A stretch of DNA of 38,410 nucleotides from Octopus bimaculoides (GCF_001194135.2 NC_068998.1:31436139-31474548); one strand, 5' to 3'. Shown: positions 1-11,783, counted from the first letter of the stretch. The notes: a model not told the origin generated them from the letters alone. Program-made: numbers and translations.

Positions 1-58
<58 letters not shown>
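1..58. repeat. (AAT)n microsatellite
   Basis: Uninterrupted ATA repeats from the window start. Confidence 0.98.
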
Positions 59-61
<3 letters not shown>

Positions 62-119
62 CTATTTTACCGGTGAGTGTGTTAAATTATAAGGCACACA
101 CATACACACACACACAAAA

Positions 120-340
120 AAAAGGAAAATGACTCTCCCCAGACACAACAGAATAACAACATCGAAAAATATCTTAGGAATGAGAACCGAGGTTCGAAAT
201 TTCCCCAAGACACCTGATGAAGGCTGGAGGGTATATCAGCCGAAACGTTGTGTTAACAACAAACAAGATGAGGCCAAATAATAGTCAAATGTAAATAATA
301 TAAATAATGTGCATAATTCCTCATCTCTTAAATATAGAAC
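120..340 (+). mobile_element. Penelope-like pseudo-LTR repeat carrying a hammerhead motif
   Basis: Contains a CTGATGA...GAAAC hammerhead core. Bases 250-340 recur at 22821-22902 next to a PLE RT fragment. Left boundary approximate. Confidence 0.65.
209..254 (+). ncRNA. Minimal type I hammerhead ribozyme
   Basis: gacac-CTGATGA-a-ggctg-[gagggtatat]-cagcc-GAA-ACGT-T-gtgtt. Stem I gacac/gtgtt, stem II ggctg/cagcc, palindromic ACGT in place of helix III, GUU cleavage triplet. Confidence 0.8.
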
Positions 341-344
341 TGTA

Positions 345-1198
345 TTACACAGATGTAGTTTACGAGAGTGAGCTTAAGTACGCCTGCGACTTTTTCAGTA
401 AACACAATTCCATTCTCATTCTCTTTCTTAAAATTACAGTGTAAATGCAAATGCGCAATCCAATAGTCCCCATTTAAACGTGGATGTTCTATTAGAACAA
501 AATTTACTGCGGTAGTTGCTATGAGAGAAACTCTCACATTGGCTTTTTGGTGCAAAATGCACTCTTGTTTATATCGCTAGCGGGAGCATAAATCTCCGCT
601 ACCTCCAGCGCCAAGACCACCAGATCATGTGATTTCGACTTTGTTTGGTTATGTCAATGATGGACACTCAACCGCTAAAGACAGCAATCTATATATCGCT
701 GCCAGGTTAAATTTGCTTTGCTATAATATTTGGAAAAGGATGGGGTGTTGTGAGTGTAATGCATTTTTGTGTTTGAGGCTGTTTGTGTATTTCGTTGGGA
801 TGTGGGAAGATAGTTTTAGAACACTTTCTAAAAGATGTTCATCAGTATGTTTTAAGAGTTCGAAATGCATTTCTCCATCAATGGTTTTATATCTTTGTTC
901 GTTGCTTGATGCTCTTAGTTTATGTAATTCAATTTCTATTTTCATTTTCTCTGGCGCTAATTTCACCCTTAGTTGTCTTTGCAATTCAGGTTCTTCTGGA
1001 ATTGGTTTTATCTGTAGTTTGTGTGGAAGAACTAACATTGCTGAGTTCATTCATCGCTCAAATATTTCTGCCTTATTATTATGCTCCAAAATGCGAATTT
1101 TTTTAGCGTTTAAATTTTTGTTCGAAATATTAGTGAGGTGGCTTTTAATTAAATGTGCTGATGTTGGTGTATTTTCATTTTGTGTTTCATTTTTTTAA
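345..1198 (-). pseudogene. Decayed coding-like remnant, probably transposon-derived, family unknown
   Basis: Long low-stop minus-strand stretch (ORF 721-1050, PHKLQIKPIPEEPELQRQLRVKL...) continuing through stops and two frameshifts into ORF 328-555. No diagnostic motif recognised with confidence. Confidence 0.3.
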
Positions 1199-2174
1199 TG
1201 GTGGGTAAGTTTCCTTTTTCACATAATTACCTTCCCTGCTTATAATAATAACGATCACTGACTATCTCTCCTCAGATTTATTTGCCTCCTGATCCACTTA
1301 CAAAATATCCTTCCTCCTACTAACATGGAATGAAAACTTATTATGATAGCATGAAATTCTTACATTATCACATTGGTCGTCTATGTAAATATTTTATTAC
1401 ACACACACACACACACACACATGGCCCAACACAAACATTTCTATACATTTCTCGTCTTTTATATTTTTCACTATAATTCACTACGCGGAATTTTTTCTCG
1501 AACCTTTCCATTTTACATACATACATGCACACATTTACAGTTTCTCTCAAATGCATTAAAAGACACATGTACCCAAACATTCATGCATACACATGTATAT
1601 AATATATTCCTCAGTTGTTAATGTTATTGATTATCATTTACATCAGTATAACTTCATGTGCATGTTTACTTCTCCGTGAACATTCACTGTTATTTCTGTT
1701 TGAGCCTTAATAACAAACTGATTTATTGATTCTTGTCGATAAAAGTTGTAAAAGAAAAATGTTTGATTATCTTCTTTTAGAGTCCAACGTAGTAATTTCC
1801 ATAACGTGACTTAATCAATAACAAAGCAACTTTCAAAACTTGGAGATATATGTCATATAGCTATTAATTATGTCGCAAGTTTTTCTTGATATTCCATCAC
1901 TTGCAGAAGAAAACGGAATACAGCAAATGTCCGACTGGTTTTATTCTATAAGAACTGACTGGAATTATAGAATTATTTAGGGTACGAGAATTAATAGACG
2001 TTATTGCCAGGAATGTTACAGATGAGAGTTCAAAGACCCTGGTCTGGGTAATGTTGTTATGGTGAATAGATACGAAATAATTATATATACTTTTTCGGAG
2101 GAGTGAATGTGATTTAGAAATTGAGAAAATCAATTAAGATGATTGAGAATGGAGAGAGTAAGAGAGGAGTGAAG

Positions 2175-2177
<3 letters not shown>

Positions 2178-2252
<75 letters not shown>

Positions 2253-2262
2253 GAAAGAGAGA
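2178..2262. repeat. (GA)n microsatellite
   Basis: Direct reading. Confidence 0.97.
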
Positions 2263-2784
2263 GCTATGGGGAAAAATTAAATAAATAAAAGGGAAAATGT
2301 TATTTCTGGAACAAAAATTGAGGAGAAATGGCACAAGTTCCTTCAGTTTTGTTTAGTTCTTATAAATACGCACGTATGCATTTATGTATACGAACATGGC
2401 AATGGTCAAAAAAAGCTCTCGTCTTAATGATGTGGTTCAGTGTACGATCCATTGTGCAGCACATTAGTCAAGAGTTTTTTGCTATTGCATTAGGTAGGCC
2501 CAAGCACTGAGAGTGATACCGGTAAAACAGAAACTGTGCAGATGCCTTCGGAGTGACTACACCTGTAATTCAATGAGTCTTGTCTCACATATTGATTCTT
2601 CCATTTATATGATTTCAGTATGTGGAATAAATGAAATGTTTGTCGGAATCTAAGCAAAAATCCATTTACTTACTATATACATACGTCATTATTCAGTTTA
2701 TTTTAGGATTTCTTGCCAATAGAAAAAAAAAGATCTAACCTAGATCCAAGGCACCTTCATTGGAATTTCAACATCAACAACAGG

Positions 2785-2836
2785 GTATGTATGTATGTAT
2801 GTATGTATGTATGTATGTATGTATGTATGTATGTAT
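2785..2836. repeat. (GTAT)n microsatellite
   Basis: Direct reading; abuts the 5' end of the Tx1 copy at 2845. Confidence 0.97.
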
Positions 2837-2844
2837 CTAGCTGT

Positions 2845-3057
2845 CTGTTGAAAGGCCTCACTCATTTTACTTGGCTCGAGTAATTCGTGTCCCTGTTCAT
2901 CTATCAGAGACCGAATGGTGGTTTTGTTGCCCTGTTGCGCCTCCAGTCACGGGTAGCGGAGGCGCAACAAGGCAACAGAGCCACCATTCGGTCTCTGGTA
3001 GATGAACAGGGGCGCGAATTACTCGAGCCAAGTAAAATGTGTGAGGCCTTTCAACAG
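2845..3057. repeat. 100-bp inverted repeat (2845-2944 / 2958-3057), 13-nt spacer
   Basis: Reverse complement of 2845-2944 matches 2958-3057 with 7 mismatches by manual alignment. Confidence 0.95.
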
Positions 3058-5884
3058 CATTTTGCCAGAATGTTCTGGACGAGTGGCGAGCGAGAACGCA
3101 GTGTGGACATCAATGCCTACCTGTACAACTTGCCACGACTCCCGACAAGAGAGGCAGAGTGTTGCGAAGGTGCCATCACGGCGGCAGAGGTGCGGGACGC
3201 GATGGCAGAATGCTCGAGGGGCAAATCGCCGGGTTTGGATGGTCTACCCTACGAGCTTTACAGTTGCATGCTAGACTTGTTTGGAGACGTCTTGGCAGCA
3301 GTGTACTGCAACTGGCAACAAAACGGGAGCATCCCCGGTTTTGTGAGTCGAGGAGCCGTAACGCTGCTGAAGAAAGATCCAAACAAGGGGGACGTAATAG
3401 ATAACTTTAGGCCCATCATTCTGCGCAATGCAGACTTGAAAATTTTGGCCAAGGTGTAAGCCAAGAGGTTGGTGCTTGTCATAGAGAAACTTGTCGACAA
3501 AGCGCAAACGTGCGCCGTGCCGGACCGGGGAATCTATGACAACCTCCATCTGATGCGCTACATCATAGACTGGGTAGTTAAGGNNNNNNNNNNNNNNNNN
3601 NNNNNNNNNNNNNNNNNNNNNNNNNNNNNNNNNNNNNNNNNNNNNNNNNNNNNNNNNNNNNNNNNNNNNNNNNNNNNNNNNNNNNNNNNNNNNNNNNNNN
3701 NNNNNNNNNNNNNNNNNNNNNNNNNNNNNNNNNNNNNNNNNNNNNNNNNNNNNNNNNNNNNNNNNNNNNNNNNNNNNNNNNNNNNNNNNNNNNNNNNNNN
3801 NNNNNNNNNNNNNNNNNNNNNNNNNNNNNNNNNNNNNNNNNNNNNNNNNNNNNNNNNNNNNNNNNNNNNNNNNNNNNNNNNNNNNNNNNNNNNNNNNNNN
3901 NNNNNNNNNNNNNNNNNNNNNNNNNNNNNNNNNNNNNNNNNNNNNNNNNNNNNNNNNNNNNNNNNNNNNNNNNNNNNNNNNNNNNNNNNNNNNNNNNNNN
4001 NNNNNNNNNNNNNNNNNNNNNNNNNNNNNNNNNNNNNNNNNNGTCATCGTCATAGTGTCTAGCTAGAAGCACATCGAACTGGTCGGCGAGACACTGAAAG
4101 ACTACGAAGCGGTAACAGGAGCAAAAATCAACCGGGAAAAGTCAGTGGGCTTGCGGCTCGGCACCTGGAGAAGCAAGCCCATGCCGTCTAGCAGCGCCCC
4201 CACCGTGGGACGCTAGACCGACGGTCCGGTCGAGTTGCTCCGGGTCCGGACCTCCAAACGGAGAAGAACTGGAACGAGATAATGAGTAGGGTGGTCACTC
4301 TCATCCCTCAAAGGTCGGGCGGAGGTGGCGAACACGTACATCGCGTCCGTTGTCTACTACCGCCTGACCGTCGTGCTTTGTCCCGACCCTACCATCACCA
4401 AATTGAAACGCATTCTCTTCCGCTTCTTGTGGAAATGATCCGTTCTGATGGTCAGGCGATCCATTTGCTGCCAACACCCGTTAAAAGGAGGGCTGGGCAT
4501 GCCGTGGTTGATGATGCACAGACGCGCTGAGACTGCGACCGTAGACAACGGTGAACAGGTGTGGTCGCGGTTTGTTGGACGCGCTTTCCCGCAGCTCGTC
4601 TCCATGATCGAACTGCAGTTGTAGTTCAAAAAGAGGCCGAGGAAGGGCGAATGGCACCGCGACCGTCACGTTGCTCTCGAGCAACTATGCCGTCCCGGGT
4701 CGACCTTGATCGACTGCAACAAAACCNNNNNNNNNNNNNNNNNNNNNNNNNNNNNNNNNNNNNNNNNNNNNNNNNNNNNNNNNNNNNNNNNNNNNNNNNN
4801 NNNNNNNNNNNNNNNNNNNNNNNNNNNNNNNNNNNNNNNNNNNNNNNNNNNNNNNNNNNNNNNNNNNNNNNNNNNNNNNNNNNNNNNNNNNNNNNNNNNN
4901 NNNNNNNNNNNNNNNNNNNNNNNNNNNNNNNNNNNNNNNNNNNNNNNNNNNNNNNNNNNNNNNNNNNNNNNNNNNNNNNNNNNNNNNNNNNNNNNNNNNN
5001 NNNNNNNNNNNNNNNNNNNNNNNNNNNNNNNNNNNNNNNNNNNNNNNNNNNNNNNNNNNNNNNNNNNNNNNNNNNNNNNNNNNNNNNNNNNNNNNNNNNN
5101 NNNNNNNNNNNNNNNNNNNNNNNNNNNNNNNNNNNNNNNNNNNNNNNNNNNNNNNNNNNNNNNNNNNNNNNNNNNNNNNNNNNNNNNNNNNNNNNNNNNN
5201 NNNNNNNNNNNNNNNNNNNNNNNNNNNNNNNNNNNNNNNNNNNNNNNNNNNNNNNNNNNNNNNNNNNNNNNNNNNNNNNNNNNNNNNNNNNNNNNNNNNN
5301 NNNNNNNNNNNNNNNNNNNNNNNNNNNNNNNNNNNNNNNNNNNNNNNNNNNNNNNNNNNNNNNNNNNNNNNNNNNNNNNNNNNNNNNNNNNNNNNNNNNN
5401 NNNNNNNNNNNNNNNNNNNNNNNNNNNNNNNNNNNNNNNNNNNNNNNNNNNNNNNNNNNNNNNNNNNNNNNNNNNNNNNNNNNNNNNNNNNNNNNNNNNN
5501 NNNNNNNNNNNNNNNNNAATGTAGCAAGGATGGCACGTGTGGATGACGGAGCCACCTTGAGCATAATCCTATGAATCAGAAAAAGAAAGGAAAAAAGAGT
5601 CACTTTCTGTAAAGTGTTTTTTGCATGACATTGTTGCCCGAGGTTACCGTGGTCTTTTCCGTAGGCTTTTCTTTCTACGGATAAACCTAATGTTTCGCCC
5701 TTTACATTTTGAGATTTCTGTGATACACGATCCCTACTGATCGCCTTATTTTTCTTTCTTTCACGATCCCTTTTGATCGAATTTCTACCACCCCTTTTTT
5801 TTCTTTCCTTCCCCAAAAGAAAAACTCTACTTTGTATTTTGTCCCCTCTGTGTTCAGGCCTGTGTGGCCAATAAAGAAACATTA
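2845..5884 (+). mobile_element. 5'-truncated L1/Tx1-type LINE (ORF2 RT to 3' UTR), defective, spans two gaps
   Basis: RT motifs KSPGLDGLPYELY, NFRPIILRNADLKILAKV, AQTCAV, NLHLMRYI, then AKINREKSVGL and GGLGMP. ORF end NVARMARVDDGATLSIIL* at 5574. AATAAA at 5870-5875 followed by (TCTG)n. In-frame stops present. Continuity across gaps is inferred. Confidence 0.9.
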
Positions 5885-6639
5885 TCTGTCTGTCTGTCTG
5901 TCTATTTTTGGATTTACGTATATGTATTTGGCAGTTATTTTGTAGGTTTTTGCACGAGTGCGAATGTACTTGCTCTCACATATCTTTAGTACACGGGTGG
6001 ATGTGATTGCCTTCTATATATATATGTATTTGTATATGTCGTCTGCATACGTGATGATGATGGTATATTATACGCACACACACACACACATGCCTTCAAG
6101 AAGACTCTTATGGAGGAGTCCTTTAAACATTTTCTACATCTCTGAAGCATTAAATTATTGGAATTGGAAGATGTTATTCTGCTTGCTTCTATCTTTCGGA
6201 CAAAACTAGAATATCCAGGTTTTTATATAAATATGCTGTTATATTAGACCATTATATATATCTTATAATACTTAATGGAAATTTATAGGTAGGTTACAAG
6301 AGCTATAGACGTTCTGTTTTAGTACACATTTAGACAAGACATTCGCATCTTCTGTGTAGATGATCCATACAATAAATTATGTTCTTTATTTTCTAATTCT
6401 GATTACAATGTCATGTTTTATTTGAGCCAGATTGAAGTTTGTATTAAGGTGTTCTGCCAGAATTCCTTATTTTTAAAATTATAGATAAATTCAGGTTTGG
6501 TGCGCCATTAGATTGGTAACAATTTTCTGCCTCATAGGAGAGCACTGTCCTGTGGCTCTTTTGTGAGGCCTGCTGCTGATGTGTGTAACAACTTCCAAAC
6601 TGATATATCATTGTCGAAATTTACTATCATATACATAAA

Positions 6640-6810
<171 letters not shown>

Positions 6811-6811
6811 T

Positions 6812-6940
6812 AGTTCAAATTTACAGAAAACAAAAGGCGAAAACAGGTGTAGGAACAACAAACAGGTGTATTAGTTTAACGCCCGGGGAAAATAGAAAAG
6901 CCTTTTACGTTTCGAGCTTACTCTCTTCGACAGAGAACGA
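6812..6940 (-). mobile_element. PLE-type pseudo-LTR fragment with a hammerhead-like motif (same family as 18307-18450)
   Basis: Aligns to 18307-18395 (acagaaaacaaaag.cgaa.acaggtgt ... cttttac.tttcgag...ac.ctcttc). Minus strand reads CTGTCGA-a-gag..ctc-GAA-ACGT-A. Confidence 0.6.
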
Positions 6941-7058
6941 GTTTTAGCATCCATTTGTTAGTTATTTCAATTACTTAACTAGTCTAGCAGTGGTGGTTTT
7001 GTAAGAAAGTTCAAACGGGATCAAGCATCATCGTCGTCATTGTATTTATTATTATTAA

Positions 7059-7245
7059 GGCAGAAAGCTGGCAGAATCATTAGAACGATGGAGAAAATTT
7101 TCAGCGGTATTTCTTCCAGCTCTTTACGTTCTAAGTGACTTACGTAAACTTTCGATCGACAAAATAAAGTACCAGTCATGTATCAGAGTCGATGTAATCG
7201 ACTAACTTACCCTCCCCTAAAATTGTCTTATGCTAACATTTGAAA
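7059..7245 (+). mobile_element. tRNA-like SINE, diverged, internally deleted
   Basis: A-box-like TGGCAGAATC head. Body (aagtaccagtc ... gtcgatgtaatcgact ... cctcccctaaaa) shared with 7518-7715; head shared with 14894-14952. Confidence 0.75.
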
Positions 7246-7517
7246 GCATCAGCAGCAGTGGTATCATTTGCATTTCCCTGTCATTATCATCATCAGCGTA
7301 TTGTGTTCAAATCGTACAAATCAAGGTGCAGTATATGAACCTAACGATCAGTGACAAATAGTTTTGAAATGAATTCTAATTTGCTTACTATTATACTTAA
7401 GAAACTGCGAAAATGTATTTCAGCATTTAATCTTTTCTACCTAGTATATGTTTGTTGTCGCATATCTGTTTGATCTAAGTCAAAAACAAACAAACAAGCA
7501 CCTACAAGGCCATACGT

Positions 7518-7715
7518 AATATTGCTTTCGAATTTTGGCACAAGGCCAGCAGTTTTTGAGGGGAGGAGTGAGTCAATTACATTGATCCCAGTACTTGACT
7601 GGTACTTATTTTATCGACCTCGGAAGGATGAAAGGCAAAGTCGATCCCGACGGAATTTGAATTCAGAATATAAAGACGGACGGAATGTCATTAAGCATTT
7701 TGCCCTGTTTGCTGC
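7518..7715 (-). mobile_element. tRNA-like SINE, same family as 7059-7245
   Basis: Minus strand aaatgctt...ctgaattcaaattcc (B-box-like)...gactttgcctttcatcc...aagtaccagtc...cctcccctcaaaa; homologous to the copy at 7059. Confidence 0.75.
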
Positions 7716-7987
7716 CAGAATATTCGTACCAGAATGCATCAATAAAGTGTGTGAATAAAAATGTAATTTTTTTGTAAACACACTGATATACTGATTCTTC
7801 AAATTATAACATCTGCCACTGACCACCTCATAATTTCCGACAGAAGAAAAGATCTTCAATATCTGCTTCAAACGCTATCGTGTTGTCAGTTCATTAAGGT
7901 CCATATTCTTCCAATATTTCATGTACAATTCCTTTTCTTACATTTTCTCCCATCATCATCATCATCATCTGCACATCGAGTCGAAAA

Positions 7988-9797
7988 TTTATTCTTTTAT
8001 TGGCCACAAGGGCTAATATAAACAAACATAAAATAGCATGCAACAGCATAAAAGACAACACAATATGATACAATGGGTCTTGCCGTTCGTGTACAGAGTA
8101 AATAACAGACAAAAATATTAAAATGATAAAACTCCTAGTAGGAGGAGGCGCTTTAAGTTTACTCGTGCAGAACCTACAGAAGCCAGGGGTGCCTGAGCAA
8201 CAGGGCAAGAGCTCTTCTCCTTTTATTTTTTCAAAGGTGTATACTCAGAATTGGTCCTTTCACATTGGTCATTCTTCCGACATTCACCCACCTTTCAACA
8301 TTCCGACATTCACCCAACTTTACCTCACTAACCCTCTATAGAATGCTAGCGTGGAACTACCACCGACCGCATTGCCTGACTGGCGGAGAGCTGTGAGCGC
8401 TTGACGGTACTCGAAGTGCCATGCGCCCCTCCTCGGTCTACGCCTAATCCATGATTGGAGCTCAGTCAAAGAGACGAGCAGTGGAAGAGCGTGTCTGACA
8501 AACGGCGACCACACCTGCTCACCGTCAAGGAAACGCTGGAGATACCGCGGCCTGAGCGCATATCTGCGCACCAGCAACCGCAGCATGCTCAGGCTTCCGT
8601 TCAGCGGTTGTTGACAGCAGATAGAGCGCTATACCAGTGGAACGCTTTCCTTCCACATAAAACGGAAGAGTAAGCGCACCAGCTTGGTCAACCAGCAAAC
8701 GGGGCAAGGGACGACGGTCAAGCAGTAATAGATAACGGACGCGATGTACGCATTCGCCACCTCAGCTTGACTTTTCAGAGACAGCTTCCTCTCGGCCCAT
8801 TTCTGGGTGAGATTGACCTCCCCCGTAGTCACCTATTCCAAGTTTCTTTTTCCACCTGGAGGTTCAGACCGAACCAGACCCCGAGCAATTTAACCAGAGC
8901 CTCTGTCCAGCGCCCCATGACGCTGTTTGACGGCATGGAGTTGCCTCTCCAGGTGCTGAGTTGCAAGCCCACTGACTTTTGCGCGTTAATATTGGCTCCT
9001 CTCACCGCTTCATATTCTTTTAGTGTGTCGCCAATGAGGTCGATATGCCTGTGGCTCGACTCTATCACGGTGACATCGTCAGTATAAGCAGACACGCTTC
9101 TCCCACATCCTAGATCACGCGGGACACCCCTCAATGCTTGCAGCTTCCGCAGTAGTGGCTCAAGAGTCAGTGCATACGGAAGGGAGGAGAGAGGGTACCC
9201 TTGACGGACCGAGCACAATATGTCGAATGGTTCTGAGAGGTGACCATTCACCCGAACAAACGAGCAGATGCCGCTGTACAAAACAGCCATCCAACTGCGG
9301 AAAACCAGACCGCAACCGGTTGCCTTGAGAACAGCTGCCAAATATTGATGGTTGACCATATCGAAGGCTTCAGACTGATCTAAATTGATCAGAGCCCCAC
9401 CCATGCCAGCTTCGTTAGCCACACTTTCTATGATGTAGCGCATGAGGTGGAGATTGTTGCGAATGTCTTGGCTGGGATCGCACATGTTTGCACCTTGCCA
9501 ATCATCTTGTTCTCGGCAAGCGCCAACCTCTTGGCTAATACCTTGGTCAAAATCTTCAACTCTACATTGCGCAGTGTGATGGGCCTGAAATTCTCTATCG
9601 CATCCCCCTTGTTTGGGTCCTTCCTTAGCAGTGCCACCGCCCCTCGACAAACAAAAGTGGGAATGCTCCCATTTTGTTGCTAGTTGAGGTAGACGTCTGT
9701 TAAGAGGCGACCCGCAAACAACTTTAGCCTCGAAATATAAAGCTCGTAGGGCAGACCATTCAAACCCGGTGATCTGTCACTCATGCAGCTCTTCATC
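7988..9797 (-). mobile_element. L1/Tx1-type LINE 3' portion (RT to 3' UTR), element A, defective
   Basis: SPGLNGLPYELY, NFRPITL, LDQSEAFD, VRQGYPLS, YTDD and GEQVWSP motifs in frameshifted ORFs 9680-9868, 9428-9637, 8829-9650, 8320-8586. AATAAA on the minus strand at 7996-8001. Confidence 0.92.
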
Positions 9798-11780
9798 GAG
9801 TCAATGTTGTAGTACAAAGCGATAAACCACCTGAGGAAGCCAAGGCCCAGGCCAAACCGCACAAGCACAGTTGTCAGTTATCGATGGTCAACCATATCAA
9901 AAGCTTTAGACTGGTCCAAATGTACCAGTGTCCTACCTTTGCCAGATTTATTACCAACCCTCTCTATGGTATAGCGAATAAGATGGAGGATATCCTGAAT
10001 GGTTCTGCCTGGGATGGCACATGTCTGTGCCTCCCTGACTATACCATTCGCGACACGCGCCAACCTTTTTACTAAGACCTTGGCTAAAACCTTCATTTCT
10101 GCGTTTAACAGAGTGATGGGCCTGAAATTCTCTATAACGTCCCCCTTGTCCGGGTCCTTTCTGACCAACGTTACAACTTCCCGGCGCACAGATCTGGGGA
10201 CAAATCCATTCTGTTGCCAGTTCGCGTACACGTCAGCCAGTNNNNNNNNNNNNNNNNNNNNNNNNNNNNNNNNNNNNNNNNNNNNNNNNNNNNNNNNNNN
10301 NNNNNNNNNNNNNNNNNNNNNNNNNNNNNNNNNNNNNNNNNNNNNNNNNNNNNNNNNNNNNNNNNNNNNNNNNNNNNNNNNNNNNNNNNNNNNNNNNNNN
10401 NNNNNNNNNNNNNNNNNNNNNNNNCGGCGAGAAACTCCTTGAGGGCTCTCCCATCACCAGGACTGCCATCACCCCCGAACAACTGGGCGAAGTACTCCCG
10501 AAAGGCCTCACACATTTTCTCGGGTTCGTTTACCAAGACACCATTTTGATTCGTCAAAGACGAACTATCTCCTTGCCGAGGTTCCACCACTCGGGCCCAT
10601 CCAGCGGCCTTGATTCCTTCACTTCCCATCGCACGTAACTTAGTTCTGGTAATACTTCCCATGTGTTGGGCTTCAAGATGCTGGTTTAACTCCAGTTTTT
10701 TCACCCTCGCTTGGTCCGCATTACCAGTCCTCCAGTCTTCTTCTAGTTCCTTAACTAGACCATCTCCTATTCTACGTCCCTTCTTAGCTAAACTTATGCT
10801 AAACCTAATAAACTCATATTTGATGACTCTTTTTAGGGCGTACCACCGTTTGTTATTAATGATGGTATCTGTAAATGCCCTCTGTATTAACATCTCGATC
10901 CGCTTTCTCTACTCCTCAATCGCCAAAAGGGACGTATTGAGCTTCCAGTAGCCAGATCCCTGACTATACAACTTATCTACCGTCAGTTTACAGGTAACCA
11001 TCTTGTGGTAACTAGCTGACTAGAAAAAATTGTGGACACTCGGCTATGGACATATCTGTTTCTCTAATTAAAATCCTATCTAGATATGATCTGGAAGACC
11101 CGTCACTATTTGACCACGTCCACTGTGGAGTGTTCGAGTGTTCCAACCTATATGGGTCTGCTAGCTGAAAGTGACTTAGCAGATCTCGTAAGCCTGGGTN
11201 NNNNNNNNNNNNNNNNNNNNNNNNNNNNNNNNNNNNNNNNNNNNNNNNNNNNNNNNNNNNNNNNNNNNNNNNNNNNNNNNNNNNNNNNNNNNNNNNNNNN
11301 NNNNNNNNNNNNNNNNNNNNNNNNNNNNNNNNNNNNNNNNNNNNNNNNNNNNNNNNNNNNNNNNNNNNNNNNNNNNNNNNNNNNNNNNNNNNNNNNNNNN
11401 NNNNNNNNNNNNNNNNNNNNNNNNNNNNNNNNNNNNNNNNNNNNNNNNNNNNNNNNNNNNNNNNNNNNNNNNNNNNNNNNNNNNNNNNNNNNNNNNNNNN
11501 NNNNNNNNNNNNNNNNNNNNNNNNNNNNNNNNNNNNNNNNNNNNNNNNNNNNNNNNNNNNNNNNNNNNNNNNNNNNCCTACCCCCACCTCCCGCCTGACT
11601 CGGAGAAGCGTATTTCTCATAGTCGTTCAGGAGGGGGAGCAGATCTCTTGGCCCCTTTACCCGGGTTTCCGTTGCAACAATCACATCCAATTTTCCTGAC
11701 CTGATGTCATTTAGGAAGCGTCCTTGCTTCCAGCTAGACGTCAGGCCACGAACATTTACACAACTAATGTGAATAGACAT
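9798..11780 (-). pseudogene. Tx1 ORF2 remnant (APE endonuclease and N-terminal RT) of element B
   Basis: ORFs 11148-11780, 11012-11620, 10171-10893 and 9878-10231 give consecutive APE, linker and RT motifs. Confidence 0.9.
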
Positions 11781-11783
11781 AAC

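Noticed and set aside
839-845. CTGATGA on the minus strand with a downstream GAAA
   Set aside because: The intervening bases cannot form stem II. Similar isolated hits near 7290, 16538, 29730 and 35724 also lack hammerhead architecture.
2845-3057. Idea that the G-biased mismatches in the hairpin record A-to-I editing of the right arm
   Set aside because: The right arm matches the residues of another family copy (element D), so the changes are more likely C-to-T mutations in the left arm.
7059-7120. tRNA gene
   Set aside because: A/B-box-like motifs only; no cloverleaf, and the sequence continues into a repeated SINE body.
7970-7990. Possible third TSD copy (aaattttcgact) after the 3' end of element A
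   Set aside because: Only 7/12 match to ggtatttcgtct, and no SINE B-box or body follows.
8275-8320. Short duplication of ttccgacattcaccca within element A
   Set aside because: Small local slippage in a dead element; no functional implication.
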